A DNA stretch of 35,261 nucleotides from Candidatus Hydrogenedentota bacterium. GTDB lineage: Bacteria > Hydrogenedentota > Hydrogenedentia > Hydrogenedentales > GCA-2746185. Shown piece after piece: positions 10,351-18,876 of this stretch; the first letter of the stretch is position 1; each line of letters opens with the position of its first letter. The stretch covers positions 1 through 35,261 of the forward strand of contig JAYGCN010000060.1 in assembly GCA_046583315.1 (NCBI GenBank), in the 5' to 3' direction. A model generated the notes under the pieces. It searched no databases, was not told the origin of the DNA, and saw only the letters and a program-made list of their open reading frames with translations. The position numbers and the translations under genes are program-made.

Positions 10351-10432
10351 TTAGTATGCGCCGGGTTGACTTACTCCCTGTGCCTTTGTTCCAATACGAG
10401 TTCGAATTTTTGACCGCAGTTTGGAAGTATTT

Positions 10433-11014
10433 ATGACCGATTCGCGCACCGTTACCGCTTGGGATCTATTGACCATGGTTTTATGGTCTGCCTTGTTTGG
10501 CGTAGGATTGGTACCTGAACTGGCTTTCCACACGATTCGCGGTTTCGCCGGAGTCTCCAGTAGCGGCTCTCTGGTGAATTCTTCTTCTACGATTACCTTG
10601 GGCTTCGCCATCTATGTTTCTCTTTTTGTGTTGCGGCAGTGTAAAGCAGCCGGACTTGAACAGATCAATGCGCAGGGACGGGCCGTGCAAGCAGCACTTT
10701 GGTCTCTCATCGCGTTCCTAGAGATTCCGACGCGTAGCCCGATTTTCGGGACGCAAACATTACTGGGAATCTTGTGGGAGTCGCCGAGCCTGCCCAGTTT
10801 GGAATTGAAAGCGGTTATCTGGGCAGTTGGCTTCTGCAAGTTGATCGCGTGGAGTTACCTTTACAGTCTGATGTTCCGATTTCATGTGCTTGGGAATCGA
10901 GATGCCTTTAATGGAATTCGCTTAATCGTACCTGCGAGGCATGATAAGGCGAATTCTGAACAGCCTGAGCCGATTTCGACCGAAAATTCCGATGAAAGCC
11001 CGTCATCCAAGTAG
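10433..11014 (+). CDS. Hypothetical integral membrane protein (about 4 hydrophobic segments)
   Basis: The ORF fills the gap between mnmG and cinA on the same strand, with hydrophobic stretches and a polar C-terminal tail. ATG 10433 is preferred over TTG 10421. Confidence 0.7.
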   Translation: MTDSRTVTAWDLLTMVLWSALFGVGLVPELAFHTIRGFAGVSSSGSLVNSSSTITLGFAIYVSLFVLRQCKAAGLEQINAQGRAVQAALWSLIAFLEIPTRSPIFGTQTLLGILWESPSLPSLELKAVIWAVGFCKLIAWSYLYSLMFRFHVLGNRDAFNGIRLIVPARHDKANSEQPEPISTENSDESPSSK

Positions 11015-11034
11015 TCATTAAAGGGAATTGAGCC

Positions 11035-12204
11035 ATGAAAGCTGAAATTCTGATGATTGGCACTGAGTTGTTGCTTGGGCAGATCAACGATACCAATGCC
11101 ACCTATATGGGCCAGACGCTGGCCGACCACGGCATCGATCTATACCAGAAAACGACTGTGGGCGACAATCGGGAACGGATTATCGTGGCTTTGAATGATG
11201 CGCTGGATAGGTCGGATGTTGTCCTGTGTTCGGGCGGACTTGGACCCACTGAAGACGATATCACCCGTGAATGCGTGGCTGAGGTGGTTGGAGCGCCATT
11301 GGAGTACCACCAGGAGATTTTTGAGCTTATTGAAGCCATGTTCGCACGCTATCGTATCCCGCTCACAGAGAATAACAAGAAGCAAGCGATGGTTCCCAGA
11401 GACGGGACGATCATTGAGAATCCGAATGGGTCCGCTCCGGGACTGATGGCCGAGTGTGACCGGGGAATTATTTTCTGTTTGCCGGGACCGCCTCGGGAAT
11501 TGAAACCAATGCTTATGGAGAAGGTGTTGCCGTACCTACGGGATCGCTTTGAAATTGACAGCCTGATTCGCTATCGCGTGGTGCATATTTGCGGTGTTGG
11601 TGAATCGAGCATTGACCAGATCATCGGCGATCTCATCACGGATTCACAGAATCCTACCGTCGGTGTTCTCGCGAGTCCTGCGGTCGTGCGCATTCGAATC
11701 GCCGCCAAAGCGGGTTCTGCCGCTGAAGCCGACGCGTTGATCGATCCCATAGAAGAAGATCTGCGAGGTCGATTCCCGAATTTGATTATGGGTATTGATG
11801 ACGACACTGTGCAGAGCGTGGTGGACGAATTATTGTGTGAACGGGGCTGGACGATAGGGGTTGTGGAGACTGCATCGGGCGGTTGCATTGCCCAAAGGAT
11901 GACTTCGGTTAGCGCGAAGAGCTATATCGGAGGTCGTGTGTATCCCTTGGAATCACTGGACTTAGCGTCCCCAGAGCAACTTTCTATAGACCTGGCAAAG
12001 GAATGTATGCTAGACTTATCCTCTGATACATCGTTATCGGTCGTGTCTGATCCCGCTGCGGGGGTCGTCATGGCGACGTACATTCATCCGAAAGGTCAGG
12101 AAGTGTGGACTCTTGGTCGATCCGGGCGAACTACTGAAATGCAGGACCGAGTGGCCATCATGGCACTCGAATATGTCCGTCGGTTTCTTGTCGGCGCATT
12201 GTAA
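11035..12204 (+). CDS. cinA: CinA-like competence/damage-inducible protein (intact MocF-like N-domain, degenerate PncC C-domain)
   Basis: MKAEILMIGTELLLGQINDTN, TVGDN, GGLGPTEDDIT and LPGPPREL. The C-terminal domain reads VVETASGG in place of AESCTGG. Confidence 0.9.
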   Translation: MKAEILMIGTELLLGQINDTNATYMGQTLADHGIDLYQKTTVGDNRERIIVALNDALDRSDVVLCSGGLGPTEDDITRECVAEVVGAPLEYHQEIFELIEAMFARYRIPLTENNKKQAMVPRDGTIIENPNGSAPGLMAECDRGIIFCLPGPPRELKPMLMEKVLPYLRDRFEIDSLIRYRVVHICGVGESSIDQIIGDLITDSQNPTVGVLASPAVVRIRIAAKAGSAAEADALIDPIEEDLRGRFPNLIMGIDDDTVQSVVDELLCERGWTIGVVETASGGCIAQRMTSVSAKSYIGGRVYPLESLDLASPEQLSIDLAKECMLDLSSDTSLSVVSDPAAGVVMATYIHPKGQEVWTLGRSGRTTEMQDRVAIMALEYVRRFLVGAL

Positions 12205-12269
12205 ACGTTACTGCATTCGGTAAGTGTACGGGCAACTGGGTTCGCAAACTGCGTTGGACACATTTTGTC

Positions 12270-12632
12270 ATGTTATCTTTTTTAGCAATAGTGCTGTTTT
12301 CACAACAGCCAATCACCTTCTCCCAAGATGGTGTCGCATCGTACTACACCGTCGCCAGTAGCAGTAATCTCACGGCTTCTGGTGAAACGATGGTCGATGA
12401 AGCACTCACCTGTGCCATGCGTGAAGGCGTATTTGGCGGTTGTTACCGTGTCACTGCTCAAAGCGGTCGAAGCGTTGTGGTACGTCTCAACGATCGCGGT
12501 CCTTACGTTAAAGGCCGAGACATTGATCTCTCCGAAGCCGCAATGAAGATACTTGATCCTACCATGCAAAAGGGGATCCTGCAAGTGAAGATCGATAGGA
12601 TAATCGAGAGCGAGATTCCCCCACTCTTCTAG
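12270..12632 (+). CDS. rlpA: RlpA-like double-psi beta-barrel lytic transglycosylase (stand-alone domain)
   Basis: GVASYY, TASGE and VVVRLNDRGPYVKGRDIDLSEAA; short hydrophobic N-terminus. Confidence 0.85.
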   Translation: MLSFLAIVLFSQQPITFSQDGVASYYTVASSSNLTASGETMVDEALTCAMREGVFGGCYRVTAQSGRSVVVRLNDRGPYVKGRDIDLSEAAMKILDPTMQKGILQVKIDRIIESEIPPLF

Positions 12633-12669
12633 ACCGCCGGGATTAATGGTTTTTATTGCTTTCGTGGCT

Positions 12670-13266
12670 TTAGTGCAGTACCACCTTTATCAGGTAGAAT
12701 CCCCCGATCAACAGAATCACGAACGCTATCGTGAGCAGATTGAACCATTTATCGATAAAGCGTCGCGCATGCTCTCCGAATCGACTGATGAGTGCCGAAA
12801 CGAGGAAAAAGCGGGCCGATCGGCCTACCACGGTCGCGATGGTGAACATGAAGAATTGCAGACCGAAAACGCCTGCTGAAATCGTGATCACTTTGTAGGG
12901 AATCGGTGTAAAAGCGGCCACGAACACGAACCAGAAGTCCCATTTCTTGTAGATTTCTTGCACATGGATAAAGGCCTCTTCTGTGAACCCGGGAACGTAG
13001 CTGTAAAAATAGTGATCCAGACTGCTCCACAGTCCTAAACCGAGTCCATAGCCCGCGATTCCTCCCAATACCGAACCTACCGTGCAGATGAGTGCGTATT
13101 TGTAGGAATTTTCCAGTTTCCCAAGGCACAGAGCGATCAACAATACGTCAGGTGGAATGGGGAAGAAACTCGATTCGGCAAAGGCTATCAGAAACAACGC
13201 CACTCCACCGTAGGGGGAGTCCGCCCAACTTAATACCCAGTCATACGTTTTACGAACCCATTTCAT
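12670..13266 (-). CDS. YqaA/DedA (VTT-domain) membrane protein
   Basis: FAESSFFPIPPDVLLI and FTPIPYKVITISAG signature motifs. ATGA overlap with surE, a common gene pairing. Confidence 0.92.
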   Translation of the reverse strand: MKWVRKTYDWVLSWADSPYGGVALFLIAFAESSFFPIPPDVLLIALCLGKLENSYKYALICTVGSVLGGIAGYGLGLGLWSSLDHYFYSYVPGFTEEAFIHVQEIYKKWDFWFVFVAAFTPIPYKVITISAGVFGLQFFMFTIATVVGRSARFFLVSALISRFGEHARRFIDKWFNLLTIAFVILLIGGFYLIKVVLH

Positions 13267-14018
13267 AATGATTTAGCCCAATCCTTTAGTTCATCTATGG
13301 TTGCATAATTCGTTTTATCACGTTGCAACGGTGTGATACTCACCTTGTTCTGTTCTATTGCTTCAAAATCGGTACCCGGATGGGCGTGCTGTTCAGGGCG
13401 AAATCCACCTATCCAGTAATATGACTTTCCGCGGGGATCTTCGCGATGGTGTATGTCGTCGGCATACTCGCGAAGGCCTTGCCGGGTGATGGCGTAGCCG
13501 CTCAGTTCGTCCAGGGGCAGCTCCGGCACGTTGACGTTTAACATCGTGTGCTCGGGTAGTCCACGTTCGAGAATATTGGAGGCCAGTTTCGCACCCACCA
13601 GCGCTATCTGATCATAGCGGGTCGCGGCGTAACTGGCATTGGAGATGGCAATCGACGGAATACCCTGCAGCATGCCTTCGTAGGCACCGGCCACGGTTCC
13701 CGAATAGGTTACGTCATCCCCCAAATTCGGGCCGGTATTGATGCCTGACATCACAATTGCGGGTTTTCGGGGCAACAGTTTACGTACAGCCAGTAGAACG
13801 CAATCTGCGGGTGTACCGTCAATGTGGAAAAAGCGTTCGCGCACCTCATGGACTCTCAAGGGTCGATTCAACGATATGCCGTGGCCCACTGCACTCTTCT
13901 CGCTGTCAGGGGCATAAACCCAGACCTCGCCGAGGGCCTGCATGGCTGAAGTGAGAACCTCGAGTGCCGGTGAGAGAAATCCGTCATCGTTAGTTATCAA
14001 TATGAGCGGTTGTGTCAT
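13263..14018 (-). CDS. surE: 5'/3'-nucleotidase SurE
   Basis: ILITNDDG, GTPADCV, SGINTGPNLG...YSGTVAGA, DPRGKSYYW and VSITPL. Confidence 0.97.
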   Translation of the reverse strand: MTQPLILITNDDGFLSPALEVLTSAMQALGEVWVYAPDSEKSAVGHGISLNRPLRVHEVRERFFHIDGTPADCVLLAVRKLLPRKPAIVMSGINTGPNLGDDVTYSGTVAGAYEGMLQGIPSIAISNASYAATRYDQIALVGAKLASNILERGLPEHTMLNVNVPELPLDELSGYAITRQGLREYADDIHHREDPRGKSYYWIGGFRPEQHAHPGTDFEAIEQNKVSITPLQRDKTNYATIDELKDWAKSL

Positions 14019-14404
14019 CGTAAGGTGTTTAGTTTACGTTAGTTATGTAGAAATTAAGTGATCAGGATCGTTTTGCGCAAGTTGCGACTATAGCATAGGT
14101 TTGAAAATCCAATCAAAGTCGGATGCAGGCATATGCCTGTATTGATGTTTTGTAAGCACAATATTGGTATATGGTTATGGGAAAAAGAAAGTTATTGGGA
14201 ATAAATACTGAAAAGTGGATTGTCGTTGAACTTTACTTCACCAACCGGAATTGGTATGATTAGGATCATTGATATTCGTCATTCGACGTAACATATTGAT
14301 TTGTAAGTGGTTGGGTAGCCACTTTATTCTGTGTCGTGTACGAAATTCGCGGGGGCGTATTGCGTAAATAGTTTGTTGACAACGGTTTAACTGGAAAAGT
14401 GGTC
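14019..14404. other. AT-rich divergent intergenic region; candidate replication origin
   Basis: 386 bp long, with sampled lines at about 28-38% GC. It carries several 7-8/9 matches to TTWTNCACA and lies within the zone where strand skew switches. No perfect DnaA box. Confidence 0.4.
14232..14260 (+). promoter_or_regulatory. Sigma-70-type promoter for the IMPase-family gene
   Basis: TTTACT-17 bp-TATGAT with the extended -10 TG (TGGTATGAT). Confidence 0.55.
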
Positions 14405-15631
14405 ATGGCGACAAAAAAGAAGAGTGCCACGAAGAAGCCTGCAACGAAGAAAAAGCCTGTGGCCCAAAAGAAAGCGGCCATAAAAAAAGTGACAAATAAG
14501 TCGAAAACTACGAAATCTGCCAAGTCCAAATCAAAACCGCCGACCAAGAAAAAAGCCGTTGTGCCCAAGAAGAAGACCAAGGCACCCAAGAAGTCTGCGA
14601 AAACCGCATCGAAGCCAAAGCCAAAACCGAAACCGAGACCGAAGTCCTCGGCGAAGATCCTCCCGAAGAAGTTTCTGATGGATCTTGCGCAAGCCATTAA
14701 GGTGGCGGTGCTTCCCGAGATGGCGAGCACCAAGGGGCGTGCGATTGTAGGATCGGCTCAGAGTGGGGATGCCACCTTTCACATTGATGCCGTGGCCGAG
14801 AAGGCGCTCAAGAATTTCCTGACCAATGCCAAGCAGCCTGTTGTGTATTATAGTGAAGACGCGGGCTACACGACGTTTACGAACGAACAACCTACACATC
14901 TGCTATTAATTGATCCCATTGATGGAACACGCGCGGCGAAGTGTGGATTCGAAGGTTGCGTTATTTCTGTGTGCAGTACGCGTGTCATTGAACGGCCCAC
15001 TTTTGCTGATATTGACAGTGGTCTTATCATGGAACTTACCGAAGATCGTTTTTTCTATGCCGAACGCGGCCACGGTGCGCGGATTCATTATAACGGGCAT
15101 TCCAAGAAAGCGAAAATATCGCAAAATGAAGATGTCGAGACGATGGCCTGGTCGATGACGGTACCGGCGCGTCCGGCTGAGCTTATTTTTCCGACATCGG
15201 CGAAGCTGATTGATATCACGAGTCTCAAAGGCGGTTTTTTTGCTTGTAACAGTAGTTCGTACAGTCTCACCCGTCTGGTGACGAATCAACTCGATGCCTG
15301 CGTCGATATTGCGAACCGGTTCTACCGTGATATACCGGATGCGGTGGAGGATGCGTTTATCAATGCTGGTCGCGGCACGGTATTGGGCGTTTGCCCTTAT
15401 GATTATGCCGCCGCGCTACTGATTGCCCAGGAGGCGGGGTGCGTGGTCACTGATGCTTATGGCAAGGGATTTGATGATCTATTGCTTCTGGATTCGTCAC
15501 CGGAAAATCATCAGACGATTATCGCGGCTACCAATGCGAAGCTTCATAAAAAGCTGTTGAGTTATTACGATACCCGTATCACGCAGCTTGCGCAGTTGTT
15601 GCAAGAGCGCTACGAAGCGACTGGTGCCTGA
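14405..15631 (+). CDS. Inositol monophosphatase/FBPase (FIG superfamily) protein with N-terminal Lys/Ala/Pro-rich histone-H1-like extension
   Basis: Metal-binding motifs DAVAE, YSED, IDPIDGT and YDYAAALLIAQEAG. The first 84 residues contain 34 Lys and no acidic residue. Confidence 0.88.
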   Translation: MATKKKSATKKPATKKKPVAQKKAAIKKVTNKSKTTKSAKSKSKPPTKKKAVVPKKKTKAPKKSAKTASKPKPKPKPRPKSSAKILPKKFLMDLAQAIKVAVLPEMASTKGRAIVGSAQSGDATFHIDAVAEKALKNFLTNAKQPVVYYSEDAGYTTFTNEQPTHLLLIDPIDGTRAAKCGFEGCVISVCSTRVIERPTFADIDSGLIMELTEDRFFYAERGHGARIHYNGHSKKAKISQNEDVETMAWSMTVPARPAELIFPTSAKLIDITSLKGGFFACNSSSYSLTRLVTNQLDACVDIANRFYRDIPDAVEDAFINAGRGTVLGVCPYDYAAALLIAQEAGCVVTDAYGKGFDDLLLLDSSPENHQTIIAATNAKLHKKLLSYYDTRITQLAQLLQERYEATGA

Positions 15632-15752
15632 ACCAAATACCGGTTTTTCGTGTTGAATAAGGTGCGTAGTTAAGGGTAGATCGTTCAATACGTCGTGCAT
15701 CTGGGCGCTGCAGTGGATGCGATTTCGTCAACGCGGTAACACGGATTCTACA

Positions 15753-16481
15753 ATGAACACACCGGAAACAGAAGCGGATTCCTGTATCTTTCAGATTTCC
15801 GATCTGGTGAAAACCTATCGGATGGGGGAGGTTTCTGTCGATGCGTTGCGCGGCGTTTCACTTGATGTTCATGCCGGTGAATACATCGTCATTCTTGGGC
15901 ACAGTGGCTCCGGCAAAAGCACGTTATTGAACATCATCGGGGGCCTTGATACCGCGACCTCGGGTAGCGTCGTGTATGAGCATCGTCCGCTGAGTGAATA
16001 CTCGGAACGCCAACTTACTCGATACCGGCGCAAGCACATCGGTTTCATTTTCCAGTTCTACAATCTCATGCCGAACCTTACAGCCAAAGAAAATGTGGAG
16101 ATGGCAACGGAGATCTCGGACGATCCGATGGAGTCACTCGAAGCGTTGGAACTCGTTGGGCTATCCGATCGTGCGGGCCATTTTCCGTCGCAACTTTCCG
16201 GTGGTGAGCAGCAACGTGTCGCCATTGCTCGCGCGATTGCGAAACGCCCACGTATTCTTTTATGTGACGAACCGACAGGGGCACTTGACATCGAAACCGG
16301 AAAAGTTGTGCTCAAGGTTCTGATGGATGTAAACGAGCAAATGGGTACCACGCTGATGGTGATTACCCATAATGCTTCGATCGCGGAAGTCGCGAATCGC
16401 GTGATCCATATGCGTGACGGCGCAGTCAGTCATATCGATGTCAACGAAACACCGATGCAACTCGACGATGTGGTGTGGTGA
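15753..16481 (+). CDS. ABC transporter ATP-binding protein (LolD/MacB-like)
   Basis: Walker A GHSGSGKS, IGFIFQFYNL, LSGGEQQRVAIARA, LLCDEPTGALD and ITH. ATG 15753 is preferred over 15717. Confidence 0.95.
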   Translation: MNTPETEADSCIFQISDLVKTYRMGEVSVDALRGVSLDVHAGEYIVILGHSGSGKSTLLNIIGGLDTATSGSVVYEHRPLSEYSERQLTRYRRKHIGFIFQFYNLMPNLTAKENVEMATEISDDPMESLEALELVGLSDRAGHFPSQLSGGEQQRVAIARAIAKRPRILLCDEPTGALDIETGKVVLKVLMDVNEQMGTTLMVITHNASIAEVANRVIHMRDGAVSHIDVNETPMQLDDVVW

Positions 16482-18853
16482 TGCGTGCGCTCACTAAAAA
16501 AATGTTTCGAGGCATCAATCGGAGTCGTTCGCAAAATATTGCGGTGATGGCAGTCGTGATGTGCGGCACGGCGTGTTACATTTGTTTGGCATCCCTTCAC
16601 AAGAATCTTGAGTTGACGCGCGACACGTATTACGCCCAGAATCGTTTTGCCGATTTTGAGATTCGACTGGAGCGCGCGCCATCGACGACCCTGTTCGAGA
16701 TTCAGGAGATCCCCGGGGTGCGTCAGGTGCGCGGTCGCATTGTCGAGGACGTGAAACTCGATATTGAGGGGGTTGAAGAGGCGCGTAGTGGGCGTCTGGT
16801 ATCGGTGCCGGATACAGGCGGCAATTTTCTCAACAGTGTCGTTGTGCGGACGGGCAATTTTTTCGAACCGGGCTCGCAGGATGAGGTGATTCTCAGTGAA
16901 CAGTTTGCGTTGGCGAACAATCTGGTGATTGGGGATACGATTGACGTTACGGCGGATGGAAAGAAGCATACGCTCAAGATAATCGGACTCGGGTTGTCCC
17001 CGGAATACGTCTATATCATCAGAAATATTCAGGAATTGGTGCCGAGTCCGGACCGCTTCGGAATACTGTGGGTCACGGATGATTTCGCCGAGTCCGCCTT
17101 GTCGATGGAAGCGGCTTACAACAGCATCATCGGTTCGGTTGAAAATGAGGATCAACTGGACGCCATTCTCGATTCGGCTGAGAATCGATTGGATACCTAT
17201 GGGATCTTTGCGAAGACGAAACGGGAGAACCAGCTATCCAATCGATTGTTGTCCGATGAGATCAAAAATCTTGGTGTGGTCTCGAAAGTTATTCCGACGA
17301 TTTTTTTAGGCATCGCTTCGCTTGTTATTTTGATTCTGCTCAACCGAATGGTACGCAATGAGCGCACACAAATTGGGTTGATGAAGGCCTATGGGTATAC
17401 CAATGTCAGCGTAGCGATGCACTACCTGCAGTTCGCGCTCATCTTGTCAATCACCGGCTGTTTCTTCGGTTTTTTACTGGGTCAGTATTTCGCGCTCAAG
17501 ATGATTGAATTGTATGTGCAGTTTTTTTCCTTTCCAATTCTGCGTTCTCAAATCTATCCCAATGTACTTGCACAGGCGATGAGCATCACGATTGTTTTTT
17601 CGATGATCGGTGCCATGCTCGCCGCGTATCGTGCCTCCCAGATAAACCCTGCTGAATCGATGCGGCCTGAGGCACCGGTGGTAGGGCACAGGACATGGCT
17701 GGAGCAATACACCGCAATATGGTCGCGCCTGAGTTTCAGCTGGAAAATGATTGTACGTAATATGGCGCGCCACAAAATTCGCTCGGGGATCAACGTATTC
17801 GGAGTCGTCGTATCGACCTCGCTTCTGATCATAGGTTTCTTTTCGCTCGACGCGATGGATTACATGATGGAGTACGAATACGAACGCACGCAGCGACAGG
17901 ATGTCCGGGTCGGCTTTTTTATGGAGCGCGGCAAGGACGCGTTGTATGAATCGCAACGGTTTGATTACGTGGACTACGCGGAGCCCCTCTTGCAGTATCC
18001 ATTTACGTTGACGAACGGATGGCGCACGAAAGATGTATTGGTGACGGGGGTGCCGCGTCATGCGCGTCTGCAACGACTCATGGATATTGATGAGAATACG
18101 GTGGATGTAGGTGAGGAGGGGCTTGTATTGTCCGATAAACTCGCGGGCATGTTGTCGTTGAAAGTCGGGGATACGGTCCAGATAAAACCGATGATGGGTC
18201 GGGTGACGGACGAGAAGACGGTGCGGGTTTCGAAGATTGTGCAGCAGTATTTTGGTGCGTCGGGTTTTATGAATATTGAAGCGTTGAGCCGTGTGTTGAA
18301 TGAACCCTTTGTGATGAATGCGGTCTTGCTGGCTACCGAGCCGGGCATGGACAAGCGTCTTAATGATGAGCTGGAAGACATCGCGATGGTTGCCTCGATT
18401 GAAGTCAAGTCCGATACGATCAGGAATATGTCAAACACGATCGAATTGAACATGAAAGCGATGAGCATTGTGACAGTGTTGTTTGCCGGGATTATTGCAT
18501 TCTCCATCATTTACAATATCACGTCCGTTTCGCTGGCTGAACGACAGCGGGAATTGGCCTCGTTGCGTGTAATGGGCTTCGAGCGACAAGAAGTTGGCCG
18601 CATTCTCTATTTCGAAAACATCCTGATGGGTGTCATTGGTATCGTTCTGGGAATCCCGACGGGGATATTGATCTGTTTCAATTTGGTGTCGGCGTTTGAT
18701 ACGGAGTTGATTCGGCTTCCGTTTCATTTGGAGACGAAAACCTTCTACATCAGTGCCGGATTGACGATGGGTTTCGTGTTTCTTTCGAATCTCGCCATTC
18801 GTCACAAAATTAATAGTCTCGACCTCGTGGAGACGCTAAAAGAACGCGAGTAG
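16481..18853 (+). CDS. ABC transporter permease, duplicated MacB-PCD/FtsX architecture
   Basis: Two FtsX-like repeats (ERTQIGLMKAYGY; ERQRELASLRVMGF) with large extracytoplasmic loops. TGATG overlap with the ATPase gene. Confidence 0.92.
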   Translation: MRALTKKMFRGINRSRSQNIAVMAVVMCGTACYICLASLHKNLELTRDTYYAQNRFADFEIRLERAPSTTLFEIQEIPGVRQVRGRIVEDVKLDIEGVEEARSGRLVSVPDTGGNFLNSVVVRTGNFFEPGSQDEVILSEQFALANNLVIGDTIDVTADGKKHTLKIIGLGLSPEYVYIIRNIQELVPSPDRFGILWVTDDFAESALSMEAAYNSIIGSVENEDQLDAILDSAENRLDTYGIFAKTKRENQLSNRLLSDEIKNLGVVSKVIPTIFLGIASLVILILLNRMVRNERTQIGLMKAYGYTNVSVAMHYLQFALILSITGCFFGFLLGQYFALKMIELYVQFFSFPILRSQIYPNVLAQAMSITIVFSMIGAMLAAYRASQINPAESMRPEAPVVGHRTWLEQYTAIWSRLSFSWKMIVRNMARHKIRSGINVFGVVVSTSLLIIGFFSLDAMDYMMEYEYERTQRQDVRVGFFMERGKDALYESQRFDYVDYAEPLLQYPFTLTNGWRTKDVLVTGVPRHARLQRLMDIDENTVDVGEEGLVLSDKLAGMLSLKVGDTVQIKPMMGRVTDEKTVRVSKIVQQYFGASGFMNIEALSRVLNEPFVMNAVLLATEPGMDKRLNDELEDIAMVASIEVKSDTIRNMSNTIELNMKAMSIVTVLFAGIIAFSIIYNITSVSLAERQRELASLRVMGFERQEVGRILYFENILMGVIGIVLGIPTGILICFNLVSAFDTELIRLPFHLETKTFYISAGLTMGFVFLSNLAIRHKINSLDLVETLKERE

Positions 18854-18876
18854 GGTAGTTGGCAAGGAGAAGTAGT

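Noticed and set aside
14266..14733. 155-aa Phe-rich, membrane-looking minus-strand ORF
   Set aside because: It is the reverse complement of the Lys-codon (AAA/AAG) tail of the IMPase gene.
15649..15722. Two possible hairpins upstream of the ABC operon, and a GGTGCG start resembling a dif XerC arm
   Set aside because: The stems are short with large loops and match no riboswitch I recognise. The XerD arm (TTATGTTAAAT) is absent, and the skew polarity is origin-like rather than terminus-like.
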